DNA of 52,602 nucleotides from Dehalococcoidia bacterium (GTDB lineage: Bacteria; Chloroflexota; Dehalococcoidia; Lucifugimonadales; JAGWBF01): the NCBI GenBank assembly GCA_021296025.1, contig JAGWBF010000001.1, forward strand, positions 9,562-62,163, written 5' to 3'. The number at the start of each line of letters is the position of its first letter. Within the stretch, counting starts at the first letter, position 1. The notes under the pieces are model-generated. The model was not told the DNA's origin and searched no databases. It worked only from the letters and a program-made list of their open reading frames with translations. Below, one piece after another: positions 26,635 to 35,219 of this stretch. Both the position numbers and the translations under genes were made by a program.

Positions 26635-27372
26635 TTATTGGAAGGGGATGGGGTCCGCCGCCCCGCAGGCGGCGGCAACGAAGGCCAGCACCTTGTCCTT
26701 GTCCTTGGCGCCTCCGGTCTCAACCCCGCCGGAAACATCCACACCCCAGGGATGGGCTACCGTTACCGCCTCACCTACGTTTTCGGGGGTGAGGCCTCCC
26801 GCCAGCAGGAAGCTGAACCCTTCCTCGGACAATACCCGCGCAACCTCCCAATCGAAGGTCTGCCCGGTGCCCCCCTGCAGTCCTTCCACCTTCCGGTCGA
26901 GGGTAATCATATAGCCCTCCCGCTCCAGCTCAGCCAAACGGGGTACCAGGGATGTGTCAACATCATGGGGACCCAGGTGCTCGGGCACATGGACCACCCT
27001 AATCAGAGGTGCCTCTACCTGCGCGCAGTAGTCCATTGATTCTTTTCCACAAAGCTGGACCAGGTCTATGCCACACCGGCGCACCGTGCTGTTGACCTCT
27101 TCGATGGGCTGGTCCGCGAATAGCCCTACTGTTTTTGTCCCCTGCCAACCACCGTCCTTCATGCCCGACACAATTATTTCAGCCATGTCGGCATCCAGTT
27201 TCCGCCGGCGTCCGGGAACAAACAACAATCCGATGTAGTCAGCCCCGGCAGCGGCAGCATCCGACGCATCCGGGAGGCTTCGTACACCACATATCTTTAT
27301 CCTGGGACGGGTAGATGGCGGAGTTTGTAAGGGTTCGATGCTGGAGCCTTCGGAATGCTGCATTTTCGGCAA
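26635..27372 (-). CDS. trpF: phosphoribosylanthranilate isomerase
   Basis: RIKICGVRS..DA..A..AGADYIGL.F...S.R and C-terminal GG.GQTFDW...LAGGL.PENV. TTG 27372 or ATG 27363 start. N-terminal extension of about 20 aa. Confidence 0.85.
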   Translation of the reverse strand: MPKMQHSEGSSIEPLQTPPSTRPRIKICGVRSLPDASDAAAAGADYIGLLFVPGRRRKLDADMAEIIVSGMKDGGWQGTKTVGLFADQPIEEVNSTVRRCGIDLVQLCGKESMDYCAQVEAPLIRVVHVPEHLGPHDVDTSLVPRLAELEREGYMITLDRKVEGLQGGTGQTFDWEVARVLSEEGFSFLLAGGLTPENVGEAVTVAHPWGVDVSGGVETGGAKDKDKVLAFVAAACGAADPIPFQ

Positions 27373-27391
27373 AGTTTCGCTTCAAAAGCTT

Positions 27392-27420
27392 ATGACAAGT
27401 TCAAAGTTCCTGTATAATAT
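27392..27420 (+). promoter_or_regulatory. promoter candidate for prfA (ATGACA ... TATAAT/TAATAT)
   Basis: ATGACA 27392-27397 and TATAAT 27413-27418 (15-nt spacer), or TAATAT 27415-27420 (17-nt spacer). Lies in an AT-rich island between the divergent trpF and prfA. Confidence 0.4.
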
Positions 27421-27539
27421 AACACAAGCAATAACCCCAATGCGGCCTCCTAATAAGGGCCCGCGTAGCCGGGAGACTCATACGGATTAAGCTGGGTGTA
27501 GCTGCGGAAGCATCCAGCCGGAAGGATGTCGGGTAGGGC

Positions 27540-28619
27540 GTGGACCCACTCTTCAACAAACTGGAATCCGTCGAGCTACGGTACCGTCAGATAGAAGACC
27601 TTCTAGCTTCCCCAGAGGTGGCATCTAGCCATTCCCAAGTGCAGACGTTGGCCAAAGAGCATGCCTCTCTGGAAGAACTGGTCTCGTTAAGCCGAAAGTA
27701 CAAGCAGCTTCTCAAGGAACGGGCAGATGCCCAGAGCCTGATTAGCGAAGGCTCCGACCACGGGTTGGTATCCCTGGCCAGGGATGAGATCGAAAGGGTT
27801 GACCTCTTGATGGAAGACCTTGCCCAGAAGCTCCGATGGGCTTTGGTCCCTAAGGACCCCAACGACGGCAAGAACGTCATAATGGAGATTCGCGAGGGGA
27901 TCGGGGGCCAGGAAGCATCCCTGTTTGCAGGGGACCTGTATCGAATGTACACGCGGTACGCCCAGTTGCGACACTGGGATGTGGAGGTACTGCACACCAA
28001 TCCCTCAGGCTCGGGAGGGTTCAAAGAGGTGGTGTTCGAGGTCCGGGGCCAGGGGGCATACAGCTTGCTCAAATTCGAGCGAGGCGCCCACCGGGTACAG
28101 CGGGTGCCCGTGACCGAGGCATCAGGCCGGATTCACACCTCCACCGCCACCGTGGCTGTCCTCCCCGAGGCCGATGAGGTGGATGTGAACATCCATCCTG
28201 ACGACCTACGCATAGACATCTTTCATGCGGGAGGCCATGGGGGCCAGAACGTGAACAAGGTCGCAACCGCCGTCCGGATCGTCCATATACCGACTGGGAC
28301 GATTGCCGTCTGCCAGGACGAGCGTTCTCAGTTCAAGAACAAGCAGAAGGCCATGGCTATTATGCGGGCCCGCATCTACGAGGCGGAGCGGCAGAGGCAG
28401 GACACTGAGATCGCCAATGAGAGAAAGAGCCAGGTGGGATCCGGGGAGAGGGCGGAAAAGATACGCACCTATAACTTCCCCCAGGACCGTAAAACCGACC
28501 ACCGCATCAACACCAGCTTTCATGGCATCGAATCAGTGCTGGACGGGGAGCTGGAAGGGGTCTTGGATGCCCTTGCCAGCAACGAGCGGACACAGATGCT
28601 GGAAGGGGCCCTGAATTAA
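27540..28619 (+). CDS. prfA: peptide chain release factor 1
   Basis: GTG start. Tripeptide-anticodon-region PVTE and GGQ motif (AGGHGGQNVNKV). 359 aa. Confidence 0.95.
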   Translation: MDPLFNKLESVELRYRQIEDLLASPEVASSHSQVQTLAKEHASLEELVSLSRKYKQLLKERADAQSLISEGSDHGLVSLARDEIERVDLLMEDLAQKLRWALVPKDPNDGKNVIMEIREGIGGQEASLFAGDLYRMYTRYAQLRHWDVEVLHTNPSGSGGFKEVVFEVRGQGAYSLLKFERGAHRVQRVPVTEASGRIHTSTATVAVLPEADEVDVNIHPDDLRIDIFHAGGHGGQNVNKVATAVRIVHIPTGTIAVCQDERSQFKNKQKAMAIMRARIYEAERQRQDTEIANERKSQVGSGERAEKIRTYNFPQDRKTDHRINTSFHGIESVLDGELEGVLDALASNERTQMLEGALN

Positions 28620-28740
28620 GCCTTCTCTTGTCTCGTGCGTCTAAGGCAACTCTCCCGGTCCCCATTCTCCTCAATTCCGGCCCGGGCATCGGCATCATGA
28701 ATAGTGCAGTATTGGGCTTTACCCCGTCGAGGTACCTATA

Positions 28741-29604
28741 ATGCCTGCCCTTGGAGACATCCTCCGTCAGACCCACGCCACCCTCGCAGAGGCAGACATA
28801 CCCGATGCCCGGCTTGAAGCCGAGTTGCTGCTGACCCACCTCCTGGGAATTCCCAAGCACAGGCTCTACGCCTTCCAGGAGCAGGAGGTGTCGGAGCAAG
28901 CTATAGACCTGCTTGAACAGTCGGTGAAACGGCGTCTCACCCGCGAACCTCTAGCCTACATCCTTGGCCTCAAGGAGTTCTACGGGATTGCGCTGGAAGT
29001 CGGTCCCGATGTTCTCATACCCAGGCCTGAGTCGGAGTACCTAGTGGAGCAGGCCCTTTTTGCGTCGATGATGAGGGCGGGAGAATCGGACTGGGTGATC
29101 GCCGACGCAGGCACCGGCTCGGGGGCCCTAGCAATTAGCCTGGCAATTCATCTGCCCATGGCCCGCATCTACGCCACCGAGAACTCGGAAAGGGCGGCAG
29201 CTGTAGCTGCCAGGAACATTCAGAGACACAATGTGGCAGACCGGATAACCTTGATCCAGGGTAACCTGCTGGACGACCTACCTGAAGAAGCGGACCTTAT
29301 TCTCGCCAACCTCCCCTATATCCGTACAGGTGCGATGGCCGACCTTCAGCCGGAGGTGCTATGGGAGCCCCGCGAAGCATTGGATGGAGGAGAGGACGGC
29401 CTGGATGTAATCCGGAAACTTCTGCACCAAGCGCCCGGCAGGATCAAGGACAGCGGGATGCTCCTCCTGGAGATAGACCCTCACCAGGCACCCCTCCTGG
29501 AGGAGATGGGCAGGTCACTGTTTCAAGGGGCTCAGGTTTCCGTACAACAGGATTTGGCAGGCCTGGACCGCTACCTTATTGTCGATACATCATCGTCCAG
29601 CTAA
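28741..29604 (+). CDS. prmC: release-factor glutamine N5-methyltransferase
   Basis: EPLAYI.G...F.G......P.VLIPRPE.E, D.GTGSGA.A..LA, catalytic NLPYI (NPPY variant). Position downstream of prfA. Confidence 0.9.
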   Translation: MPALGDILRQTHATLAEADIPDARLEAELLLTHLLGIPKHRLYAFQEQEVSEQAIDLLEQSVKRRLTREPLAYILGLKEFYGIALEVGPDVLIPRPESEYLVEQALFASMMRAGESDWVIADAGTGSGALAISLAIHLPMARIYATENSERAAAVAARNIQRHNVADRITLIQGNLLDDLPEEADLILANLPYIRTGAMADLQPEVLWEPREALDGGEDGLDVIRKLLHQAPGRIKDSGMLLLEIDPHQAPLLEEMGRSLFQGAQVSVQQDLAGLDRYLIVDTSSSS

Positions 29605-29639
29605 GGGTGCGGGCCCCGGCGGGGCCATGGGGGGCCACC

Positions 29640-29667
29640 TTGACACCCCTTAACAGCAAAGTATAAT
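29640..29667 (+). promoter_or_regulatory. consensus sigma70 promoter TTGACA-N16-TATAAT
   Basis: Both hexamers are perfect. Located 74 nt upstream of ATG 29741, which carries a GAAAGGAG RBS. Confidence 0.55.
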
Positions 29668-29740
29668 CGGGCCAGACCCCCCTCGATAGTGTGGGATCCC
29701 CTTCTCCAGTCCCCGATACCCAGAAAGGAGCACATACATC

Positions 29741-31444
29741 ATGGCTTACGACTTGTTGGTCAAGGATGGTCTGGTGGTAGATGGTTCGGGAATGCCAGCC
29801 TTCTATGGCGATGTGGGCGTAAAGAACGGCAAGATTGCTGAGATCGGAAAACTGGGCAGCCAGGCAGACAAGGTGGTGGATGCCCAAGGGCTTGTGGTCT
29901 CCCCGGGCTTCGTGGACAACCACTGCCACTACGATGCCCAGGTCACATGGGACCCGTTGTGCACCTACTCCTGCTATCACGGCGCCACGACCGTCATCAT
30001 CGGCAACTGCTCCCTCTCCCTGGCCCCCGTTAGGCCCGGGACCGAGGAACGTCTGGCCGAGTTCCTGTCCTACGTAGAAGCCATCCCCATGGATGTTCTG
30101 CAGACCGTGGACTTCTCATGGGAAACCACGAGGCAGTATATGGATACGCTGGACCGGCGCTTGGGAGTCAACGTCGGGACCCTTATCGGCCATAGCGCAA
30201 TTCGCCACTACGTCATGGGAGATGAGTGCCAGGGCCGTGAAGCCACGGGAGATGAGATCGAGGCGATGGCCTCAGTCTTGAGAGACGGTATGGAAGCAGG
30301 CGCCCTTGGCCTGTCCATCTCCCAGAACCGGGCCCACTATGATCCCCAAGGCGTACTGATCCCGGCCATATGGGCAAACGAGGAAGAGACCTTTGCCCTG
30401 GGGCATGTGCTCCAGGACCTGGGAACGGGGATGATCCAGAGCGGAGGGGGTCGCTTCGCCGAAATCAAGGACCGCATGATGACCCGCCTCTCCGAGGCCA
30501 CCGGCAGGCAGGTCGTTTACAACAACCTGAGCCACAGCGCCCGTAAGCCCAATGAGTGGAAAGAACTCATGGCCATAGTTGATGAGACTTCGAAAGCGGG
30601 GATCCGGGCCAATCCCCTTTGCACACCCAATAGCGTCACCCAGACCTTCACAATGAAGAACTGCCAGGTCTTCCGGGGCGTTCCTACCTGGCACCCCATC
30701 CTCCTGTCTTCCGACGAAGCTAAGATGGAGGCCTACCGAGACCACGAGGTCCGCAGGCGTCTGCATTCCGAGGTTGTCGAGTGGCAGGAAGAGCTGCCTG
30801 ACGTGAACATGGCGCGAAACTGGTATGACTACATGTGGGTGCACCAGGTAGTCCACGACAAGAACAAGTCCCTCCAGGGAATGACCATCAAGCAGATGGC
30901 CGAATCCCAGGGCAAGAACATCATCGATGCCTTCCTGGACCTGGTGGTTGAGGAAGAGCTCAACACCATCTTCCTGCATGGTGAGTTGAACGTCGATTTC
31001 GATGCATGCACCCAGATACTGAACTACCCCAACTCCTTCGTCGGCCTGTCCGATGGTGGAGCCCACGTCCAGTTCCACGGGGGCTACGGGTACAGCACCA
31101 GGCTGCTAGGATATTGGGTGCGAGAGAAAGAGATAATGCCACTGGAGAACGGCGTGCGTAAGTTGACCTTCGACTCAGCGTCGGCTTTCGGGATCTATGA
31201 CCGGGGGCTTCTCAGGCCGGGGATGGCCGCCGACATTGCAGTCTTCGACAGGGACACAGTCCGACCCCTACCGGAAGAGGTTGTTTACGACTTCCCAGCG
31301 GGCGGGTGGCGGATGCAGGAGCTGGCCGAAGGGGTCAAGTCCACCATAGTAAACGGTGAGATTTTGATTGACGACGGCAAGCCCACAGGAGCCATGCCAG
31401 GGCGGGTAATGCGTAACGCCCTTTATAACGCTTCGCACAACTAG
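29741..31444 (+). CDS. N-acyl-D-amino-acid deacylase family amidohydrolase
   Basis: 567 aa. YDLL.K.G.VVDG.G......DVG...GKI..IG........ID A.G..V.PGF.D.H.H.D is the typical D-aminoacylase N-terminus. C-terminal GRL..G..ADI.VFD. Confidence 0.85.
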   Translation: MAYDLLVKDGLVVDGSGMPAFYGDVGVKNGKIAEIGKLGSQADKVVDAQGLVVSPGFVDNHCHYDAQVTWDPLCTYSCYHGATTVIIGNCSLSLAPVRPGTEERLAEFLSYVEAIPMDVLQTVDFSWETTRQYMDTLDRRLGVNVGTLIGHSAIRHYVMGDECQGREATGDEIEAMASVLRDGMEAGALGLSISQNRAHYDPQGVLIPAIWANEEETFALGHVLQDLGTGMIQSGGGRFAEIKDRMMTRLSEATGRQVVYNNLSHSARKPNEWKELMAIVDETSKAGIRANPLCTPNSVTQTFTMKNCQVFRGVPTWHPILLSSDEAKMEAYRDHEVRRRLHSEVVEWQEELPDVNMARNWYDYMWVHQVVHDKNKSLQGMTIKQMAESQGKNIIDAFLDLVVEEELNTIFLHGELNVDFDACTQILNYPNSFVGLSDGGAHVQFHGGYGYSTRLLGYWVREKEIMPLENGVRKLTFDSASAFGIYDRGLLRPGMAADIAVFDRDTVRPLPEEVVYDFPAGGWRMQELAEGVKSTIVNGEILIDDGKPTGAMPGRVMRNALYNASHN

Positions 31445-31475
31445 GTGGGGCGGAAAACAGGACGGGAGTCTGGGA

Positions 31476-32180
31476 CTATCGCCGGAATTCCAGCTTGCGG
31501 TAGGCTTCGGCGTATTCGCAGTCTGAACCTTGGGCTGCAGTTCTAGCTCTGTCCTTTACTGATGCAACAACGTCTCTATCCGGTCGCTCGGACATCTGGC
31601 TTTTGTGGCAACTTAGTGCCTTGGCCTTGATGTCGAGGACTTCCGCGATATCCACGTAGGTGTCGGGCACGTCGGGGGCCCAGAATAGGCACATGCCCGT
31701 CTTGTGGGGCTCCAAGCCCTCGTCCGTGTAAAGCTCGTGGAAGTGCAAGAAGTCCCTGGCATAGGGAAAAGCCGCATCGGCAGACACCAGTCCGGTTATG
31801 CGGTGGTCGCGGTGCCAGTGAAAGGCGCGGCGATAGGGATCGGGGCACAGGATAACATCAGGACGAAAACGGCGAATCGCCCGAACTATTTCACGGCGGA
31901 GCTCCGAGTTGTCCTCCAGCTCCCCATCAGGATGATGGAGCAGCACCACTTCCTCCACCCCCAGGACTCCAGCAGCATCCAACTGCTCCTGCTCTCGTGT
32001 GGCAGCCAGCCCGGCAGGATCGGTGTTGGGATCGTTGGAGCCCTTGCTGCCATCGGTGCAAAGGACGTAGAACACCTTGGTGCCCTGACCTATCCAGGAA
32101 GCAACAGTGCCGCCGCACCAGCCCTCGGCGTCGTCCGGATGGGGTATCACCACCAAGGCTATGCCTGGGGCTTCGATCAT
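31476..32180 (-). CDS. PIG-L/LmbE-family N-acetylglucosaminyl deacetylase (MshB/Mca-like fold)
   Basis: VVIPHPDDAEGWCGGTVA, HPDG.L, HRDH motifs. 234 aa. Confidence 0.85.
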   Translation of the reverse strand: MIEAPGIALVVIPHPDDAEGWCGGTVASWIGQGTKVFYVLCTDGSKGSNDPNTDPAGLAATREQEQLDAAGVLGVEEVVLLHHPDGELEDNSELRREIVRAIRRFRPDVILCPDPYRRAFHWHRDHRITGLVSADAAFPYARDFLHFHELYTDEGLEPHKTGMCLFWAPDVPDTYVDIAEVLDIKAKALSCHKSQMSERPDRDVVASVKDRARTAAQGSDCEYAEAYRKLEFRR

Positions 32181-32202
32181 GCCGCAACCTCCCTAACTGC
32201 CC

Positions 32203-32231
32203 TTGTTCGCAAGTCGATACTTTGCTACAAT
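32203..32231 (+). promoter_or_regulatory. promoter candidate TTGTTC-N17-TACAAT
   Basis: Hexamers at 32203-32208 and 32226-32231 would start a + strand transcript near 32238. Confidence 0.35.
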
Positions 32232-32237
32232 CGCCTA

Positions 32238-32361
32238 TGCCTGTCAAGGCTTAGACCTGGCTGGCAGTGCTGCCAGCACCCTCTCGAGAACGAGTCGAGA
32301 CCCTGCTTCAGGCGCCTATCGCAGACCTGGTGGCCTTGCATAGAAGAGGGCCACCTTTTTT
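32238..32361 (+). ncRNA. candidate structured leader / small RNA (unclassified) ending in an intrinsic terminator
   Basis: No upstream + strand gene feeds the terminator. Three hairpins: 32260-32277 (GCTGGCAG/CTGCCAGC), 32282-32300 (TCTCGA/TCGAGA) and the terminator 32329-32361. Confidence 0.35.
32329..32361 (+). terminator. rho-independent terminator (GGTGGCC-13 nt loop-GGCCACC-TTTTTT)
   Basis: 7-bp GC-rich stem followed by six T. It is strand-specific: the minus-strand reading has no T-run after the stem. Confidence 0.7.
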
Positions 32362-32392
32362 GTAGCCCAGAACCAGACAATGAGGCCAATCG

Positions 32393-33283
32393 TTGGATGT
32401 CCGCAAGTTCACGTGGGCTGATCTCCCCAAACTAACCACTCTTATGGGCTTGGCGAATCCTTCTGCAGAGGGGTTGAATACCGAGGAACGCTTGGCCGAG
32501 GACCTTGGTCGTCCCGGCCTGCACCCTGAGGACAACTGCGCGCTGTTCGAAGAGGGCGGCGATCTAGTAGCCGCATCCCTCATCCACCCGGAGCTCCTCA
32601 TCAGTAGGGCAGTGCTGGAGATGTGGGCTCACCCGAAACACATCGGACCCTCCCTGCAGAGCACGGTGGTCCAAAAAGCGATTTTCCATGCAAAGAGCAT
32701 GGGCAGCCGGGTGCTTCACGTCTGCGTGTCTCCTTCAGGGCCCTGGCCTGTTCTCGTAGAGAAGGAAGGGCTGGCAAAGGTGCGCACCTACTGGCTGATG
32801 CGGTGGCAGGAGCCGAGCCTGCCTCTGGTCGAAGTGCCCGAAGGCCTCAAGCTGGGACGTTACAGACCTGGGAACGCAGAGGAGCTGACGGTCATTCAGA
32901 ATGCAGCCTTTGGCGGACATTGGGGGTTCTGCCCCAACACGCCGGACGAGATCGCCTATCGAGCCGAGATGAGCATAAGCCCTCACGACGGAATCCTGCT
33001 GCTACGGAGCGATGCGGCAACCGTCGGTTACTGCTGGACCTGCACCTTGGGGGATGTCCCGCACTCCACTGGAGTTATCAGCATGATCGGCATAGACCCA
33101 GCCTACAGGGGCAAGGGGCTGAGCAGACCTGTGCTTCTGGCAGGCATGGAGTACCTTCGGTCACGAGACGTGCAGTATGTTCAGTTGGATGTCGATTCCG
33201 AGAACACACCCGCCGTCAAGCTGTACAGCTCCATAGGATTCAAAGTGGTTGAGGAGCTTCACTGGTTCGAGGCTTCTCTCTGA
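32393..33283 (+). CDS. two-domain GNAT N-acetyltransferase, MshD (mycothiol synthase)-like architecture
   Basis: 296 aa with TTG start. The C-terminal GNAT core is VISMIGIDPAYRGKGLSRPVLLAG..YL......YVQLDVDSENTPAVKLYSSIGF. The N-terminal half is a second, degenerate GNAT-like domain. Confidence 0.7.
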   Translation: MDVRKFTWADLPKLTTLMGLANPSAEGLNTEERLAEDLGRPGLHPEDNCALFEEGGDLVAASLIHPELLISRAVLEMWAHPKHIGPSLQSTVVQKAIFHAKSMGSRVLHVCVSPSGPWPVLVEKEGLAKVRTYWLMRWQEPSLPLVEVPEGLKLGRYRPGNAEELTVIQNAAFGGHWGFCPNTPDEIAYRAEMSISPHDGILLLRSDAATVGYCWTCTLGDVPHSTGVISMIGIDPAYRGKGLSRPVLLAGMEYLRSRDVQYVQLDVDSENTPAVKLYSSIGFKVVEELHWFEASL

Positions 33284-33993
33284 CCCCTCCTGGGATCCTC
33301 GGTCAGTACACCCTTGTCCGAAATATCTTCCGGGGACGCCGGCACCCATATGGGGGTCGCTAGCGGGTCCGATGACACCTTCCCGGGTGACACTATGCCC
33401 GCCGAAACGATGAGTTTCATTGCATCATCCACGCTAATATCGGTGGTGCTCACCTGCTCTGGGGGAAGAAATACCAGGAATCCCGAGGTGGGGAAGGGCG
33501 ATGTGGGCATATACACTGCAAGGAGAGTCTTGCCATCCTGGTCTTCTATGGTGGAGGTTACCAATCCAATGGACCTGAGCCCGTACCCGGGGAACTCCAC
33601 CAGGACCACGGTGCTGTATTTGCTTGTTTCGGGGGACGTAACTGCTGTAAGGATCTCCATCGCCTGCCTGGCAGTCCGATAGATACCCCGCACCACAGGT
33701 ATCATTTCAACCAGCCCGTGGCCCACACCCAGCAGCCTCCGGCCAAGCACAAAGGTGGCAGCCAGTCCCATGAGATAGATGATTACAAGGAGAGCAGCAA
33801 TTCCCATGCCGGGCCTGTAGCCGCCGGGTACCACCGCATCCAAAGGTTCCTTCAGGACGTTTTCAAAGATACTGAGAAGGAAGCCCATAACGAGGACGGT
33901 GACAATTACGGGCATGACCAGGAAGAAGCCAGCCAATAAGGTGGACCGGAGATGTCGTCCTACGGCCCCTCCGGTTCTTTGAGGCCACCTCAT
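33259..33993 (-). CDS. DUF502 domain-containing membrane protein
   Basis: N-terminal TM region LLAGFFLVMPVIVTVLV....L......L and PTSP.PTSGF..F.P motifs as I recall for DUF502. Confidence 0.65.
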   Translation of the reverse strand: MRWPQRTGGAVGRHLRSTLLAGFFLVMPVIVTVLVMGFLLSIFENVLKEPLDAVVPGGYRPGMGIAALLVIIYLMGLAATFVLGRRLLGVGHGLVEMIPVVRGIYRTARQAMEILTAVTSPETSKYSTVVLVEFPGYGLRSIGLVTSTIEDQDGKTLLAVYMPTSPFPTSGFLVFLPPEQVSTTDISVDDAMKLIVSAGIVSPGKVSSDPLATPIWVPASPEDISDKGVLTEDPRRGQREASNQ

Positions 33994-33995
33994 AG

Positions 33996-35219
33996 CTATT
34001 CCTTTGGCACGGGAACGCCTTGGCAGACCAGGTCGTAGAGCTGCAGAGTTTCCTGTGCGACGTTCTCCCAGCCCATGCCCTCCGCCCGTTTCCTGGCCTC
34101 CACGCTCATACTTCTTTGCAGGCCCTCACTGTAAAGTATGACCTCCATGGAGTTGGCGAAGGGTTCCGGACACCGCCAGGGCATCAGGTAGCCGTTACGC
34201 CCATGCTGGACAACGGCCGGCAGTCCTCCCACCCGGGTCGCTACGACGGGGGTCCCGCATGCCAAGGATTCCAGGGCCGCCAAGCCAAAGCTCTCGTAGT
34301 GGGATGGGACCACGCAAACGTCGGCGGCGCTGTAGTACATCGGGAGGTGCTTCTGGTCCACGATGCCAATGAACTCGGTAATGCTTGCGATACCCAGCTC
34401 GTCGGCCAGATCCTTCAGCTTCTGGACTTCCTCTTCCTGGGAGAGGTTGCCCCCAACGATCAGGACCTTGAGGGCTTCCCTACCCTCCATAATGGCAGTG
34501 CTCCTGAGCAGCAGGTCCAAGCCCTTGATGGGCTCCACGCGTCCCACATAGATGATGACCTTTTCGCCGTTCAGCCCCAGCTTCTTTCGTGACTCTCCTA
34601 TGTCTAGGGGCCGGAATAAAGACAGGTCCACACCGCATGGCACCACCTGGATGCGGTCCCTTGGGGCATCGTAGAAGCGTACCATGGCTTCCCGCTCATG
34701 GGGACTGGAAGCGACGACCAGGTCCGCGGAGGCCATGCTTTCCCTTTCCACTTCAAAGCGCATAGAGGATTCGCTCTCTCCCGCTTTGGCCTGCACCTTC
34801 AGCTGGGCCAGGGTGTGGAAGGTCACGCAGTGGGCCACATTCCGGGCCTTGGAAACTCGCTGGCCAATCCAAGCCGACAGCCAGTAATGAGAGTGGACCA
34901 CATCGTAGCGGAGGCTGTTGCTGTCGATAAAACCAACCATATTATCCAGGAATTCACCAAGGTACCGGGCATAACTGCTTAGAGGCGCGTCGATTGGTCC
35001 GCCGTCCAGGTGGATAACTCGAATATTTTCGTCCACCTGGGCCACCGCTGCTTTATGGTCGGCATGGCAGCGGGTGTATAGATCGACTTTCACACCCACG
35101 GAGCTGAAGCACCTGGACAGTTCCCGGACATACACGTTCATTCCGCCTGCCTTCCCTTCGCCCGGGCTGGCCAAGGGGCAGGTGTGGAAACTGATCAGGG
35201 CTACATGGGCGACATTCAA
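33996..35219 (-). CDS. GT4 glycosyltransferase, MshA (D-inositol-3-phosphate GlcNAc transferase)-like
   Basis: VALISFHTCPLASPGEGKAGGMNVYVRELS, HSHYWLSAW, TFHTLA, ESFGLAALESLACGTPVVATRVGGLP. Confidence 0.8.
   Translation of the reverse strand: MNVAHVALISFHTCPLASPGEGKAGGMNVYVRELSRCFSSVGVKVDLYTRCHADHKAAVAQVDENIRVIHLDGGPIDAPLSSYARYLGEFLDNMVGFIDSNSLRYDVVHSHYWLSAWIGQRVSKARNVAHCVTFHTLAQLKVQAKAGESESSMRFEVERESMASADLVVASSPHEREAMVRFYDAPRDRIQVVPCGVDLSLFRPLDIGESRKKLGLNGEKVIIYVGRVEPIKGLDLLLRSTAIMEGREALKVLIVGGNLSQEEEVQKLKDLADELGIASITEFIGIVDQKHLPMYYSAADVCVVPSHYESFGLAALESLACGTPVVATRVGGLPAVVQHGRNGYLMPWRCPEPFANSMEVILYSEGLQRSMSVEARKRAEGMGWENVAQETLQLYDLVCQGVPVPKE

Noticed and set aside
27421-27539. Possible tRNA or small RNA in the prfA upstream region
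   Set aside because: It contains short hairpins (e.g. GCTGG...CCAGC) but no cloverleaf, no T-loop GTTCRA motif and no terminator. It is most simply the prfA 5'UTR.
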